A stretch of 61,274 bases of DNA from a virus. Taxonomy: Duplodnaviria > Caudoviricetes. The stretch covers positions 1 through 61,274 of IMG/VR virus record IMGVR_UViG_3300025769_000007; one strand, written 5' to 3'. A model generated the notes under the pieces. It had not been told where the DNA came from. It made no database searches and saw nothing but the letters and a program-made list of their open reading frames with translations. The position numbers and the translations under genes are program-made. Below are positions 36,367 through 47,413 of the stretch, piece after piece; the stretch's first letter is position 1, and every line of letters begins with the position of its first letter.

Positions 36367-36391
36367 AAGGGGGAGAGTAAATCCCTCCCCC
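36367..36391 (-). terminator. Terminator-like hairpin after capsid/decoration genes
   Basis: Minus strand GGGGGAGGG-ATTTA-CTCTCCCCC-TTT. Confidence 0.65.
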
Positions 36392-36415
36392 AGTAATATA
36401 ATCAACTATTGCTTA

Positions 36416-36739
36416 TTAAGCAGCACCTGATATTCCAATAGAAGCTACTGTAGCAGATGTAGGTAAAGCCTCTACATCAATAAAGCCAACATGATTTTTT
36501 GGTAGGCTATTTATAGCCTCAGCAAGATCATGTAAAAAAGCTTTAGCGTCTCCACTAGCAACTGTAATAACAGCTTTCGCTTGTTCATCGTTTGCAGTCT
36601 CGTCTGTTGGATCTGCAAGCAAAGTTTGATAGAATATCTCTATTGAAGTTGCAGAAGCACCATCTATAGCTAATATTCTTGAAGCAGGAAGCATCATGTA
36701 ATCAGTACTTGAAACTTCTAAATATAAGTATCTCTCCAT
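36416..36739 (-). CDS. Small structural protein (possible capsid decoration)
   Basis: 107 aa, Ala-rich, directly after the major capsid gene. Confidence 0.55.
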   Translation of the reverse strand: MERYLYLEVSSTDYMMLPASRILAIDGASATSIEIFYQTLLADPTDETANDEQAKAVITVASGDAKAFLHDLAEAINSLPKNHVGFIDVEALPTSATVASIGISGAA

Positions 36740-36765
36740 TTTCTTATGTCTTTATATATTAATAA

Positions 36766-38181
36766 TTATGATTTTTTGAACAATAAGAAACGGTTAGGAG
36801 CAAATCCTTCAAAACCACGTTCAGTACGGTAGTTACAACGTAACTCATCTGTTTCGTTAGTTTTGTTTTGTAGAACTGCAGAACCAGTTAACCAGTGCTC
36901 CATCTCACGAGAGTATCCGTTAGCTGCTTTATATCGCATACGTAACGAAGGAATCTTCTCACCAGAACGAGCATCTTTTTGTGAATCCATAGGGATACAC
37001 ATACCGTAACCATTGTAGTTAAATCCAGTACCACCTAATAAGTCAGGACGGTTAAATAGGTCGTAAGTTTTCTTGTGGAAAGTGTAACCACCACGAGAGA
37101 ACGAGTTGAAACCTAAGTTCAACGCCATGTCTTTGTTATTAGCGAAAGTACCATAGTTAGCACCACCAGCAGCGTAAGCTCCTTGTGCAGCTAATAAGTC
37201 ATCAATATCTAAAGATAAGTTGATACCAGCGTAAAGAGCCATCTCTTTTGAACCTCTGTATTTGTCTAAAGACTTAACAGCAGCATCAAAGTCAGCCATT
37301 GTAATTGCTGAAGAACCAAGACCCATAGTTTGACCTTTGTTTTCAATAAATGGTAAAAGACCTTCAGTTGTTACAATAGAAGAACCTGTTGCGTCATCAG
37401 CAGCACCATCACGTAAAGTACCATCACCAGACTGACCAATAATCATTGCTAATTCAGCATAATCTTGGAATCTTTGATAAGTATCAGCCTCACCTTGTAG
37501 GTACCATAAGTAACCAGAACCAAACTCAGGAGAGTTTACTTTTACATAAACAGCGTTAGTTGCCTCAGAACCAGAAACAGTGAAAGATTCTTTAATAATC
37601 TGACATTTGTTTTGGTATTGAGTTACACGAGGCGTAATACCAACTGGTTGACCAGTTTGCTCTGCATAAGCATTACCTACTATAGCGTAAGCTTGAGAAG
37701 CTTTAGTTGCAACAACAGCACCATTCATATCTTTTACGGTAAAGTCGTTGTCGTTACCTAAAACTGCTGTTACATAGTACATGCTGTTATCAGCACCTAA
37801 AATTAAATCTCCATCACGAAGAGCTGAGTTTCCAGCATCACTAGAACCATCAGTAAATCCGTCAGCAATTTCTAACTCACTAGATGCAATTTCTGCCTCA
37901 AAGTGATTATGAAGAAGAGTTTCTTCATAGTGCTCAAAAGTTTGAGCTGTTGTTTCTTTTTTAGAACCTAAAAGTTCCATTAAGCCAGTAATACCTTGAT
38001 TACCGTATCGCTTAATTAGTTGCTCATCCACATCACGTTTATGTAAAGGTACATTTGCTGCTGTTCCGTCAGAAGACGCTAACAAAGTAGCACTACCAAC
38101 ATAGTTAGATGTAGTTGCAACTGCTACATTAGAAGGAGTAGGCACCATAGTAGGTGACGTTCCTAAACTTACACTTGCCAT
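36766..38181 (-). CDS. Major capsid protein (crAss-like HK97 fold)
   Basis: RYGNQGITG, IIKESFTVSGS, GYLWYL, LNLGFNSFSRGGYTFHK; order portal-scaffold-MCP. Confidence 0.88.
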   Translation of the reverse strand: MASVSLGTSPTMVPTPSNVAVATTSNYVGSATLLASSDGTAANVPLHKRDVDEQLIKRYGNQGITGLMELLGSKKETTAQTFEHYEETLLHNHFEAEIASSELEIADGFTDGSSDAGNSALRDGDLILGADNSMYYVTAVLGNDNDFTVKDMNGAVVATKASQAYAIVGNAYAEQTGQPVGITPRVTQYQNKCQIIKESFTVSGSEATNAVYVKVNSPEFGSGYLWYLQGEADTYQRFQDYAELAMIIGQSGDGTLRDGAADDATGSSIVTTEGLLPFIENKGQTMGLGSSAITMADFDAAVKSLDKYRGSKEMALYAGINLSLDIDDLLAAQGAYAAGGANYGTFANNKDMALNLGFNSFSRGGYTFHKKTYDLFNRPDLLGGTGFNYNGYGMCIPMDSQKDARSGEKIPSLRMRYKAANGYSREMEHWLTGSAVLQNKTNETDELRCNYRTERGFEGFAPNRFLLFKKS

Positions 38182-38220
38182 TTTTTTATATTTTTAAAAT
38201 GATAATTAATTTATTTTTCC

Positions 38221-39306
38221 TTAACCAAGTATTTGTCGTCTCAACATGTCGAGAGTTGACTCTTGCTTTGCAGGAGCTTCTTGTTTATCCTGAGTAAACG
38301 AAGGGTTCTTAATCTCATTAATTACGCTTTCTGTTCCTTTACTTCTATACTGATTAGCGACACCCCTAACAATCTTATCTATATTGTTTAAGATGTACAT
38401 ATCCGTATTTAAAGCGTCAAAGTCCCAGTCACCACTTTCATTAACATACTTGTCAAAGAAGTTTTCTAGGTTAGAGTTATACCCTTTAATCTCCTGACGA
38501 GCTTCGTCATCAAGATTGTAAATAAACTCTTCGCCTTGGTCATTCATTTCAAATGATAAACCATCGAGGTCATCGACCTCAGATTCCATTTGACCTAACC
38601 ATTCACCTCTTTCTGCTTCAGATATTCCAGGATCATCTGCTTGCATTGGCATAGCATAATCTTCCTTGATCTGATTAAAGTAGTCTCTAGCAGCTTTAGC
38701 GTCCTTCATAAGTTGAACCTTACCAGCGTTGGTTTCTCTCTCACTATAAGCCTCTTTGTCTGTTTTGTACGTTGTCGCCATATAATCATTTAACTCTGCA
38801 TCAGTTAAATTTGGATTATCTAATCTTAGATACTCCTTCATTAAAGCGTCATCAGACACGTTGGTTAAATCAACCGTTTGAGTGTTTAGGTAATCTTGAA
38901 CTGTACGACCAGTATTCTTAACATACTCATTAATAACTTGAAGCTGCTCGCTAGCAAAGTCATTGCTTTCTGTTTCTGTACTAGTAGTCGTGTTAAGATC
39001 ATCAAATGATGTTAGGTCTCGCCCAAGCTTTTCGCTAAGGTATTGTAAGACAACTTCATCATCACTGATTTCCTCACCCTCTTGTGGTTGACTAGTTTGA
39101 GGTTGTTCCTCAACGTTAGTAGTTTCTTCAGTATTTAAAGAACTCTCACCTGTCAAGTCTATAACGTTAGATTGCTCCTCTGCTACAGGTTGCTCTGACT
39201 CGACTGCTTGGTTTTCATCACCAGTCAAGTCAACGATATTTTGTTTAGATTCAGGTTGTACAACCTCGCCTCCAAACTGTTTTACTAATTCATCTCTTAT
39301 ATCCAT
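38221..39306 (-). CDS. Putative capsid scaffolding protein
   Basis: Very acidic 361-aa protein between portal and MCP. Confidence 0.65.
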   Translation of the reverse strand: MDIRDELVKQFGGEVVQPESKQNIVDLTGDENQAVESEQPVAEEQSNVIDLTGESSLNTEETTNVEEQPQTSQPQEGEEISDDEVVLQYLSEKLGRDLTSFDDLNTTTSTETESNDFASEQLQVINEYVKNTGRTVQDYLNTQTVDLTNVSDDALMKEYLRLDNPNLTDAELNDYMATTYKTDKEAYSERETNAGKVQLMKDAKAARDYFNQIKEDYAMPMQADDPGISEAERGEWLGQMESEVDDLDGLSFEMNDQGEEFIYNLDDEARQEIKGYNSNLENFFDKYVNESGDWDFDALNTDMYILNNIDKIVRGVANQYRSKGTESVINEIKNPSFTQDKQEAPAKQESTLDMLRRQILG

Positions 39307-39335
39307 TGTCTTAAATTTAATTTATGTTATTTTCG

Positions 39336-39343
39336 CAAATATA
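39336..39343 (-). promoter_or_regulatory. -7 promoter box TATATTTG for scaffold and capsid genes
   Basis: Consensus match in the intergenic gap. Confidence 0.65.
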
Positions 39344-39366
39344 AACTATTTTATATTAATGTCAAA

Positions 39367-41766
39367 CTATTGAGGTATGTTTTGATTCTCACCTAAAGGA
39401 CCTCTATTGCCTTGTCTCTGTTCAATCATCTGAGATTGATTCATAGCAGACTGCTCTTGGACAGCTTTACGAACCTCTCCCTGAATAGACGCAGCACCCT
39501 CTTTACCAAGGTTACTAAGCTCTATTTCCCTCAACCTTCTTTGATGCTGAGATTGTTCAAACTGTTCTTTTAACTGAAACTCTAATTGTTTAAGTTGCAT
39601 ATCAGCTTGAACTTTAGCTTGAACACGAGCCTGTTCTATCTGCATCTCAGTCTGCAACTCTTGTTGCTTTAGCTGTGCAGCTTGTTGAGCAGACTGCTGT
39701 TGTAGTTCAGCGTTTTGCTTAGAAGCTTCTTGTGCTTGCAATTGCTGCTCTTCTTGATATTTCTTCCTTCTTAAAACAAGCATTTGATTAGCCATCTTAA
39801 TATTCTTAATAGATCTAATCATAATGGCATCTTCTAATCTAATTTCTTTCTGAGCTATAGATGCTTGTATATTCTGCTCCATCATCTGCTTCTCTTCCTC
39901 GCTAGGTGCAACATCTAGTGTTATACCAAACTCGTGAATAGAAAGCTTCTTCATCATATCTATAGAGTACATTGCAGTATCACCTATAACGTTAGCATAC
40001 ATCTTATGTAACCCTTTAAAGTTTACTAAATCTTGCATACGAACAGTTATGCTTTGAGAAACTCTTGTTGTAACGTTAAGATAAGCATCGTTAATATCTC
40101 TAGTAGCATTGTTAGATGCTAATAGAGATAGTTTTTGAACTCCTACCAAAGCTTCGCTAGATGGCTTAGAAGCGTCTCTAGATTCGTTTACACCAGTCAC
40201 ATCACGAATCATTTGCATGTTGTGATTATAAACACCTATAAGAGTGTTAAAATCACGACCTATACCATTCTCTAACTCCTGAATTGGCATAGCCCCAGTC
40301 ATCTGACCTTCATCATCTATACGTCTGTAATATATATTACCAGTTTGATCGTATATCTCTTGAAGCTCCATAGGCGTAAATGTACCACCATCACCTTTTG
40401 AAACGTTTTCCAAAGAACCTATTTCAAAAGCCGCACCCTTTGGTCTAGCTTTAGCTAAAGTATGTTGTATTTTAAGGTGAGCTAATTGTATTTGGTCAGC
40501 AAAAGGAATCATTCTATCTACTAAAGAACGACTCTTCATTTTGTATAAGTTTGGTTGATACACTATATAAGACAACCTTGTTTCAGATAAGTTAGACTTA
40601 GCCCTAGGCATATCTTGCATCATGCCATAATTAAATATATAATCTGTTCCTACAATGTACTTACCCTTGTATATAACCTTTACTGTTTGACCTATATCTT
40701 CTCTCTTTGTTTTAGAGTTTTTAGGTTTTTTATAATTAGAAGGTTTTTTGTTTACAGAGTAACCACCAAATCTATTTTCTTTCTTCTCATATTTTAAAGA
40801 GTGACTTGTAATAAACTCAGCATCTAATATATTAACACTAAACTTATCGTAGTCATAAGTCTCGTTACCATTCTCGTAATAAGCTTGAGTGCCATAATTT
40901 GCTGGGTTATTATTTTTTCCAGCATACTCTCTAGCTATTTTAATATAATCCTCTTCACTAAACTCATCTCCAGCTTGCATTTTTAAGTCAGCAATAGTGA
41001 TAGAATAAACCTCACCTGCGTGTCTTATATTTTTAAAGTCTGGTTTAGCAGAAAAAGAAGTTATAAGGTTTACGGGGTCAACGTGACGTATCTTAACACC
41101 TTCTGTTTTTGAAATTTCTGTTTTAGCAGCACATAAACCTAAAACAACAAGATCACGAATCATATATCGTTTAACCTCGTCATAGTCGTTAATATCTAAA
41201 GTGTACTCTATTGCTTTCTCTAAAGCTATTTCTACATTTTGCTTATAATTAAGTGCCATAAACATTTCAACTTCTTCAGAGCTTTCAGCAACAAACTCTT
41301 TAGGAGCTAAAGGTAAACCAGTTTCATCCTCTAAGTTTTGTAAGAAATCTTTAGTTAACATGTTGCCATACAACTGCTTTTTCTTTTCCATTCTTTCGTT
41401 AGCAGCAACAGGATCTATAGTTTTAGCTTTTATATCATAGTCTTGATTAACCATTCCGTTAACAATAACGTCAACAAACTTAGGTATAACAGATACAGGG
41501 CTCCAGTCTATATTTAAATAAGAAGAATCCCCTTGAACATCAAGAAGGTCTTTATATTTACCTACATCTTGGTTTCCCTCAGCGTAAGATCTGTTACGAT
41601 TATATCGCATCTTACGATCTCTAAAATATACGTCACCATTATTATGCCACTCGTAGTACATGTTTTTAAAGTACTCAAGTCCATACTCTTTAGTAGCTTT
41701 TTCTTCGTTAGTTGCTAAAGGTGATGGATAACCATTTAATTTGTTTTTATTATTACCGTAAGTCAT
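39367..41766 (-). CDS. Portal protein
   Basis: SYLNIDWSPVSVIPKFVDVIVNGM, IRDVTGVNESRD, LVGVQKL; follows terminase. Confidence 0.88.
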   Translation of the reverse strand: MTYGNNKNKLNGYPSPLATNEEKATKEYGLEYFKNMYYEWHNNGDVYFRDRKMRYNRNRSYAEGNQDVGKYKDLLDVQGDSSYLNIDWSPVSVIPKFVDVIVNGMVNQDYDIKAKTIDPVAANERMEKKKQLYGNMLTKDFLQNLEDETGLPLAPKEFVAESSEEVEMFMALNYKQNVEIALEKAIEYTLDINDYDEVKRYMIRDLVVLGLCAAKTEISKTEGVKIRHVDPVNLITSFSAKPDFKNIRHAGEVYSITIADLKMQAGDEFSEEDYIKIAREYAGKNNNPANYGTQAYYENGNETYDYDKFSVNILDAEFITSHSLKYEKKENRFGGYSVNKKPSNYKKPKNSKTKREDIGQTVKVIYKGKYIVGTDYIFNYGMMQDMPRAKSNLSETRLSYIVYQPNLYKMKSRSLVDRMIPFADQIQLAHLKIQHTLAKARPKGAAFEIGSLENVSKGDGGTFTPMELQEIYDQTGNIYYRRIDDEGQMTGAMPIQELENGIGRDFNTLIGVYNHNMQMIRDVTGVNESRDASKPSSEALVGVQKLSLLASNNATRDINDAYLNVTTRVSQSITVRMQDLVNFKGLHKMYANVIGDTAMYSIDMMKKLSIHEFGITLDVAPSEEEKQMMEQNIQASIAQKEIRLEDAIMIRSIKNIKMANQMLVLRRKKYQEEQQLQAQEASKQNAELQQQSAQQAAQLKQQELQTEMQIEQARVQAKVQADMQLKQLEFQLKEQFEQSQHQRRLREIELSNLGKEGAASIQGEVRKAVQEQSAMNQSQMIEQRQGNRGPLGENQNIPQ

Positions 41767-43856
41767 GATTTTATTTGTTTGCTAAACATTCCTTTGTTAC
41801 TATATCTTTTAACTAAAGGAGATGACACCTTTAATTCTTTTTTAGGTTTTATATATTTCTGTGACGCTAGTAAAGCCAATGAAGACGATATACTAGCATC
41901 ATACTTTGTTCTATTATCTATCTCGAACCTACTCCAATCATCAAGAAGCGTATTAAAAAAACATCTACCAATCTCTCCAGTCTCTGCGTTATACCCTACA
42001 TGATCATATATATATGTTGCTATAGCCTCTGCTTGAGCATTTATAACTGCAGCACCTGATCCAGGTATACCTTTAGTCTTTTGTTTTCCTCTACTCCACT
42101 CTGTGTGAGTCATATCTGGTCTATCCATCAAGTACTCATAGTATCCTCTGTTTTCAAAATACTTTAGTATTCCCACCTTATTATTCTCTACCAATATCTG
42201 ACAGCCATAGAATACGCACATCTTAATCATATCCTCGTAAAATATTTCTGCTTTAGGAGGTCTATTAATGTACTCACATACAAACTGCATAGACGCATCA
42301 CTTGACATGCTAAACTTATGAAATACATGAGCAGCAGCATCAGACCTTCTACCATCGGTAGTCGTATCATGATCGTAAGGGTCACAGCCTGCAACAAGTT
42401 GATCTGATCTACCAGGAAACTTTTTATTAAATCTAGACGATACAACGTTTTGATTCTGAGCCTCTGGAACCCAAGTGATTTCCCACTTACCCTTTCTGTG
42501 AGGTATCCATATAACCTCGCTATCCTGTACGCCATTTTTCCAAACAAACTCACCCCTTGTTGTAGGAGTATTATTAACTTCGTTGTAATCCATTTGTTGA
42601 TAAATTCTCTCGACATCAAATATACAACTTTGTGTATCATTTCTAAATGCCTCTTCTATAGTAAACGGAAACTGACGCTTAAACTCTGATAACGCTGTTG
42701 TATCATTCTTTAAAGCATCCCTTCTGTTTTGTATATAATCTTTAGCACCAGTATCAACAAGCATATCATCAATCCCCATTACAGGAGTCTTTGGAGTATC
42801 TACAACACTATAACCATACTCGTCAATAAATCCCTCTAGGTTATCAAACGCAGGTATAAATAACTTATACAAACCGCTCTTTGTCCTACCATTGAGATCT
42901 TTCTCTCCCATATCAGAGTTGTAGAATATATCTTTAAACTCTGCACCACCATCCTGTTGTTTATTAGCAGTGGAACCCATCATACACTTTCCAACAACCT
43001 TTCTACCCAGTAGTAAACAAGTTTGAGTTACACCCCAGTTTTTCTTAATAGAGTTTTGCCCTGTCCACTTACCAGCCTCATCATGTATAAGAAGTTTAAG
43101 CTTCATACCATCATAGCTGTTGTCTGCTGTGTTTCTCCAATCTATTATAGAATTTAAAGCTTCAGACTTTTCTATATGCTTTTGATTCTTAGTAATCTTT
43201 TTAGCTGGCTCTCTAAACGCTAGCTCTACACGAGGATTACTAGAACCATCCTGTATAGGTTGAAAGAAGAAAGGGTAGTTTCTATATATACGAACTACTT
43301 TGTCAGTAAACATAGTCTTAGCATCAGCTCCAGTTTTAGAAAGCAAACCAAAGTTACTATCGTAAATCTGTGTAGCCTGATTAACTATCTCACTACTAGC
43401 CATATAAGAAAAACCACTACGTCTGTTCTTAAGAAAACACATTCCGTAAGAGTTCTTGTCGTTTTTACACGCTTCCCAAAAAATAAAGAACGTTCTGTTA
43501 GCATCCCTATAATCAGGATAACCAACATCTATTTTACTCCACTGGATAAACATATAATGAGATCCAGTAATATAAGTAGGGATGCCATTGTTGTAAAACC
43601 ACAATCCTTCTCTTCTACGTCTAAACTCCTCTTCTATGTAGTCTACATAATCTGTAGCATTATCCCTTGTTAAACCCTTTGGTATATCCTCTCTAGTCCA
43701 CTTTTGTTTTTTCTTAGGGAGGTTATGATATAGTATATCTTTTTTATATCTAGGCTTTTTAGGTAGAACTATCTTTAAGTTATCAAACTCTAAGATCTCT
43801 CCTTCGTTACCCTCTATTAGATATATAGTATCACTTTTTTGCATACCGTTCAGCAA
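41763..43856 (-). CDS. terL: Terminase large subunit
   Basis: LKNRRSGFS (Walker A), LIHDEAGK (Walker B), MGST, GCDPYD nuclease motif, LVENNK. Confidence 0.93.
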   Translation of the reverse strand: MLNGMQKSDTIYLIEGNEGEILEFDNLKIVLPKKPRYKKDILYHNLPKKKQKWTREDIPKGLTRDNATDYVDYIEEEFRRRREGLWFYNNGIPTYITGSHYMFIQWSKIDVGYPDYRDANRTFFIFWEACKNDKNSYGMCFLKNRRSGFSYMASSEIVNQATQIYDSNFGLLSKTGADAKTMFTDKVVRIYRNYPFFFQPIQDGSSNPRVELAFREPAKKITKNQKHIEKSEALNSIIDWRNTADNSYDGMKLKLLIHDEAGKWTGQNSIKKNWGVTQTCLLLGRKVVGKCMMGSTANKQQDGGAEFKDIFYNSDMGEKDLNGRTKSGLYKLFIPAFDNLEGFIDEYGYSVVDTPKTPVMGIDDMLVDTGAKDYIQNRRDALKNDTTALSEFKRQFPFTIEEAFRNDTQSCIFDVERIYQQMDYNEVNNTPTTRGEFVWKNGVQDSEVIWIPHRKGKWEITWVPEAQNQNVVSSRFNKKFPGRSDQLVAGCDPYDHDTTTDGRRSDAAAHVFHKFSMSSDASMQFVCEYINRPPKAEIFYEDMIKMCVFYGCQILVENNKVGILKYFENRGYYEYLMDRPDMTHTEWSRGKQKTKGIPGSGAAVINAQAEAIATYIYDHVGYNAETGEIGRCFFNTLLDDWSRFEIDNRTKYDASISSSLALLASQKYIKPKKELKVSSPLVKRYSNKGMFSKQIKS

Positions 43857-44118
43857 AAGACCCTTTAAAGTCTTTTTTCTCTTCTATTAAGGATTCACCT
43901 TCCTTGATTCTATCCTCAAGGTTTTTTATTCCTAAAAGAATTTCTTGACAATCTTCAAAGCATTCTCTTTTTGCTTTTATAGCTTGTCTTCTTTTAGCAT
44001 CATCTTCCTCTATTAAAGGTTTGCCTATCTCTTCAATAAGAAGATCTACAGCTCCTTTACTTGCTTCTATTAACTTCTCTAAAGTCTTAAGAGCATAATC
44101 TCTATTCTGCTCCTTCAT
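43831..44118 (-). CDS. Putative terminase small subunit
   Basis: Helical 95-aa ORF overlapping the terL start. Confidence 0.5.
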   Translation of the reverse strand: MKEQNRDYALKTLEKLIEASKGAVDLLIEEIGKPLIEEDDAKRRQAIKAKRECFEDCQEILLGIKNLEDRIKEGESLIEEKKDFKGSFAERYAKK

Positions 44119-44677
44119 ATACAGCTAATACATCAAAGTTACGCATACGAAGAAGTTTTCTACCATCTATGTCCATATCGTACTCAGAGTTCTCGCTCCA
44201 CATAACTCTATCTCCCTCGCTAACACCCTGCTCTTTCATCCAGTCAGTTATTATAACTGCTTTACCATGAAGCTCAACTTCAGATGCTGAAGTCTCTAGA
44301 AATATTCCAGACTCAGATTGCTCTGGTTCTTTCATCTCTTGCTCCATGAAGTTCCATACTCCTACAGGAATGTACTCTTCGCCTCTTTGTATAAGATATA
44401 TCTGCTCTGCAAAAGCTTGATATATATTATCTTTATCAGCATGTTTAACAAGGTTTACAGGTGTTGCTATAAAATGGTGAAACCAAACTTTATCACCCTC
44501 CTGTATTCCTGTCTCTTTAGTGTCCTGCATTGGTACCTTATATACCGTACCATACTGTCTCGCTAACTTCATAGGATCGTAAGAGGTATCTCTATACAAC
44601 TCCTTACCGTTTAACATTATAGTATCTTCTGTTTCTTTTTCTACCTCTATCCAGTAGACATCTTTAATTGGCTTCAT
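44102..44677 (-). CDS. Tandem GroES-like co-chaperonin
   Basis: MKPIKD...GIQEGDKVWF and SESGIFL...GVSEGDRVMW...LLRMRNFDVLAV. Confidence 0.75.
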   Translation of the reverse strand: MKPIKDVYWIEVEKETEDTIMLNGKELYRDTSYDPMKLARQYGTVYKVPMQDTKETGIQEGDKVWFHHFIATPVNLVKHADKDNIYQAFAEQIYLIQRGEEYIPVGVWNFMEQEMKEPEQSESGIFLETSASEVELHGKAVIITDWMKEQGVSEGDRVMWSENSEYDMDIDGRKLLRMRNFDVLAVYEGAE

Positions 44678-44705
44678 TTTTGCTTATATTTACGTTTACT
44701 TTTTT

Positions 44706-44984
44706 TTACTTAACCTCGTACTCTTCTTCCAGTACTGCAGTGTTATACTCTATAGCTGTGGGTTGAGAGAAAAACCTTTTCCAAGGTCTTGAAAACTCTT
44801 CGCCATCTTTCTTTATATATACATCGTATACAACCTGTTGGTGTTTATACCACGCAGCTTCGTCTTGTATAATAGCTGTAACCTCTAGTGAACCCCCAAG
44901 CATTCTCTGACCTACCTGGTAGGTAAGACCTTGCTTTAAGTCCCCTATTGTTATCTTTCTTATAATGGGGTTTATTGATTCCAT
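44706..44984 (-). CDS. Conserved hypothetical phage protein
   Basis: IIRKITIG...YQVGQ...PWKRF...AIEYN. Confidence 0.7.
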   Translation of the reverse strand: MESINPIIRKITIGDLKQGLTYQVGQRMLGGSLEVTAIIQDEAAWYKHQQVVYDVYIKKDGEEFSRPWKRFFSQPTAIEYNTAVLEEEYEVK

Positions 44985-45013
44985 TTTTCTTTAATTTAAA
45001 TTTGTTATGTATT

Positions 45014-46564
45014 CTACTCGTATAAATCTCTAGACATTTTTATAAATCCAATCTGGATACCTCTACCTGCTGCACTTAAAGCTTGAACTCCTACAAAAGG
45101 CAACAAATCTATATCGTCAGTCATAATTAAAGATTTTGTTGTACTAACAGATTGAGTTGCACCACCTGCTGTAGCAGATGTAACTAGACCATACTGAATA
45201 TTATTTACAAAAACACTAATTTTTCTATTTTCATCAATAGAAATTCTTAATTTATACACAGTGCTAGCAGCAACTGCTATACCTAAATCTGTTATATAAT
45301 CTACTCCCGATACACTATACACAAAATGAAGATTACCATTAGTTGTTAAAGCTCCTAAATCATCATCAGTAGCGTACAAAAAGTAAGCTTGATTTGCGTC
45401 TGTAGCGTAAGCACCAACCTCTGTTAGCTTTAATCCTGCCCATATAGCAGAATTGGTTATAGTACCCGATGTAGATATAGCAGAATCAAACTGTATTCTA
45501 TTTTCTGTACCAAAAGGCACTGAAGACCATGCAGAAGAATCAAAAGTAGCTGGCATTTCAGTCTCACCATCTCTAGTGGTTAAAACAGTAAAATCATTAT
45601 CAGTAGTTCCTGTAACTAGTTTAATCCCAGCAAAACCATTAGTAGGTCTTCCAGCATTACCGCTTACTTGAACAGAGCCAGAATTAGCACCACCCAAAAC
45701 AAAATTTTGATTAGGAGTAATATAAGAATCTATTACAAAAAATAATTTAAACACTGTGGCTGAAATATCAGTTCCATTAGTACCAATTCTAATTCTACAA
45801 CTACCATCAGCAGTATCAAAAACTATTACGTTAACCATAGCATTGTCTGCAAGATTTACACTTGAATCTATTATACTAACTAAAACTTGAGATGTAGCTC
45901 CGTATATATGATCATTGTTAAATTCAAACTGTACAGTATCTGTAGCAGCTAAATCAACTGATTGCATAGTTATAACACCATACTTAGCATTCAAGGTTAC
46001 AGCCGTTGTTGCACTTGAAGCTTGAGTTACTTGAGCATCTGCTATACCTAAACTTGGAACTTTTTCAAAATACTCTACAAGCTCAAACCTATCATCTGAT
46101 TGAGATACTGTACCATTCACTTTAAGATTTGAGTTTTTATCTAAAGTCATAGACACAGATCCATTAGTGCTAAAACTAAATGAATCATCAGAATGATTGT
46201 AAGATATTTTACCTACATCATTGTCATTAGCATCACCAAAAAACATATTACCTTTATGTGACGCACCTGATAATATAGATAAACCAGTATTAGTTGAAGA
46301 CTCTAAAACAATTTCATCAGCTAAAGAGTTTGCTGTAACTGAACCTGCAGATGTAGACAAAACGTGTAATAATCCATCAGGAGTAGACCCTGTATTACCA
46401 ATACCTACTTTAGGGAAAACAGCTTTATCTGTAGACAACTTCATAGCAACATTATTTCCAGCACCACTTTGAATTTGTTTTAAGTTAGTGTTAGAAATCT
46501 CACTTGAAGATTGAATTAAATTTTTATATGTAGATGCTATTGATCTTCCTTTTAAATCTGACAT
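45014..46564 (-). CDS. Tail fibre / spike-like structural protein
   Basis: Ser/Thr/Gly-rich; VGIGNTGSTPDGLLHV fibre repeat. Confidence 0.65.
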   Translation of the reverse strand: MSDLKGRSIASTYKNLIQSSSEISNTNLKQIQSGAGNNVAMKLSTDKAVFPKVGIGNTGSTPDGLLHVLSTSAGSVTANSLADEIVLESSTNTGLSILSGASHKGNMFFGDANDNDVGKISYNHSDDSFSFSTNGSVSMTLDKNSNLKVNGTVSQSDDRFELVEYFEKVPSLGIADAQVTQASSATTAVTLNAKYGVITMQSVDLAATDTVQFEFNNDHIYGATSQVLVSIIDSSVNLADNAMVNVIVFDTADGSCRIRIGTNGTDISATVFKLFFVIDSYITPNQNFVLGGANSGSVQVSGNAGRPTNGFAGIKLVTGTTDNDFTVLTTRDGETEMPATFDSSAWSSVPFGTENRIQFDSAISTSGTITNSAIWAGLKLTEVGAYATDANQAYFLYATDDDLGALTTNGNLHFVYSVSGVDYITDLGIAVAASTVYKLRISIDENRKISVFVNNIQYGLVTSATAGGATQSVSTTKSLIMTDDIDLLPFVGVQALSAAGRGIQIGFIKMSRDLYE

Positions 46565-46565
46565 T

Positions 46566-46952
46566 TTATTTTTTTCTTATTTTCTCTATAGACCTACCTG
46601 CAAAGTAAGCTCCATATACTGTTATTAATAATGTTTGATATATAGGTATATAACTCTCCTGAATAGCAAACTCCCCTATATTACCGTCAAACACTGACAA
46701 AACTACAAAAATTGCAGTTAAAAATATACATATCAAAGGTCTAATGTTCTTAGATAGCCAGTTATCAGACTTCATGTCGGCCTCCCAACGTCTAGTAACT
46801 TGTTCTTGTGCTTGAGATTCAGCTTGCATAAGAACTTCTTCCATTTTACGCTTTGCTTCTAATCTCTCCTCTTCAGAAGTGCTAAGATTATCTATTACAT
46901 CACCGACTTGTTTAACAACACCACCACCTAAAAAATTTAGTAACTTACTCAT
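46566..46952 (-). CDS. Holin (3TM / GTA-holin-like)
   Basis: RWEADMKSDNWLSKNIRPL, TM helices, YFAGRSIEK; adjacent to endolysin. Confidence 0.8.
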   Translation of the reverse strand: MSKLLNFLGGGVVKQVGDVIDNLSTSEEERLEAKRKMEEVLMQAESQAQEQVTRRWEADMKSDNWLSKNIRPLICIFLTAIFVVLSVFDGNIGEFAIQESYIPIYQTLLITVYGAYFAGRSIEKIRKK

Positions 46953-46954
46953 AT

Positions 46955-47404
46955 CTATACTAATCTGTAAGCAGTGTCCCCTTCATCATCTTTGTACGCT
47001 TCTAAAATCTGCTTTCTATTACTATTCTTTTTTAAGGATATGTGTATCCAGGAGAAGTCAAACTCGTTTATCATCTGATCAAATTCTAACCCTGACTCTA
47101 TAATCCAATCATAAATAACTTTGTTATTCATTTTTCCTTTTTCCCAAAACTGGAGATCCAAAGCTTCAGCTTTGCTATGCTGGCTACGAGATGAACCGCC
47201 AATTGCACGATTAAGTGACGGGGAACGATAACCACTACTAATCCTAACAGGACCAATAGCGTCACGAAGAGGCTGTATAAGATTATCAATGAGCCTTTGC
47301 ATGTTTTCCAAGTGTTTCTCCGACATCTCATTGTTTATACCTAATCTTTTTGCTGTGTTACTGTGTTCTATCTCTGCACGAGAGAAATTTTTACTTAGTT
47401 TCAT
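46955..47404 (-). CDS. Endolysin, peptidase M15A family
   Basis: LSKNFS, ISSGYRSPSLNRAIGGSSRSQH...ALD, WIHIS. Confidence 0.92.
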   Translation of the reverse strand: MKLSKNFSRAEIEHSNTAKRLGINNEMSEKHLENMQRLIDNLIQPLRDAIGPVRISSGYRSPSLNRAIGGSSRSQHSKAEALDLQFWEKGKMNNKVIYDWIIESGLEFDQMINEFDFSWIHISLKKNSNRKQILEAYKDDEGDTAYRLV

Positions 47405-47413
47405 AATTTAAAT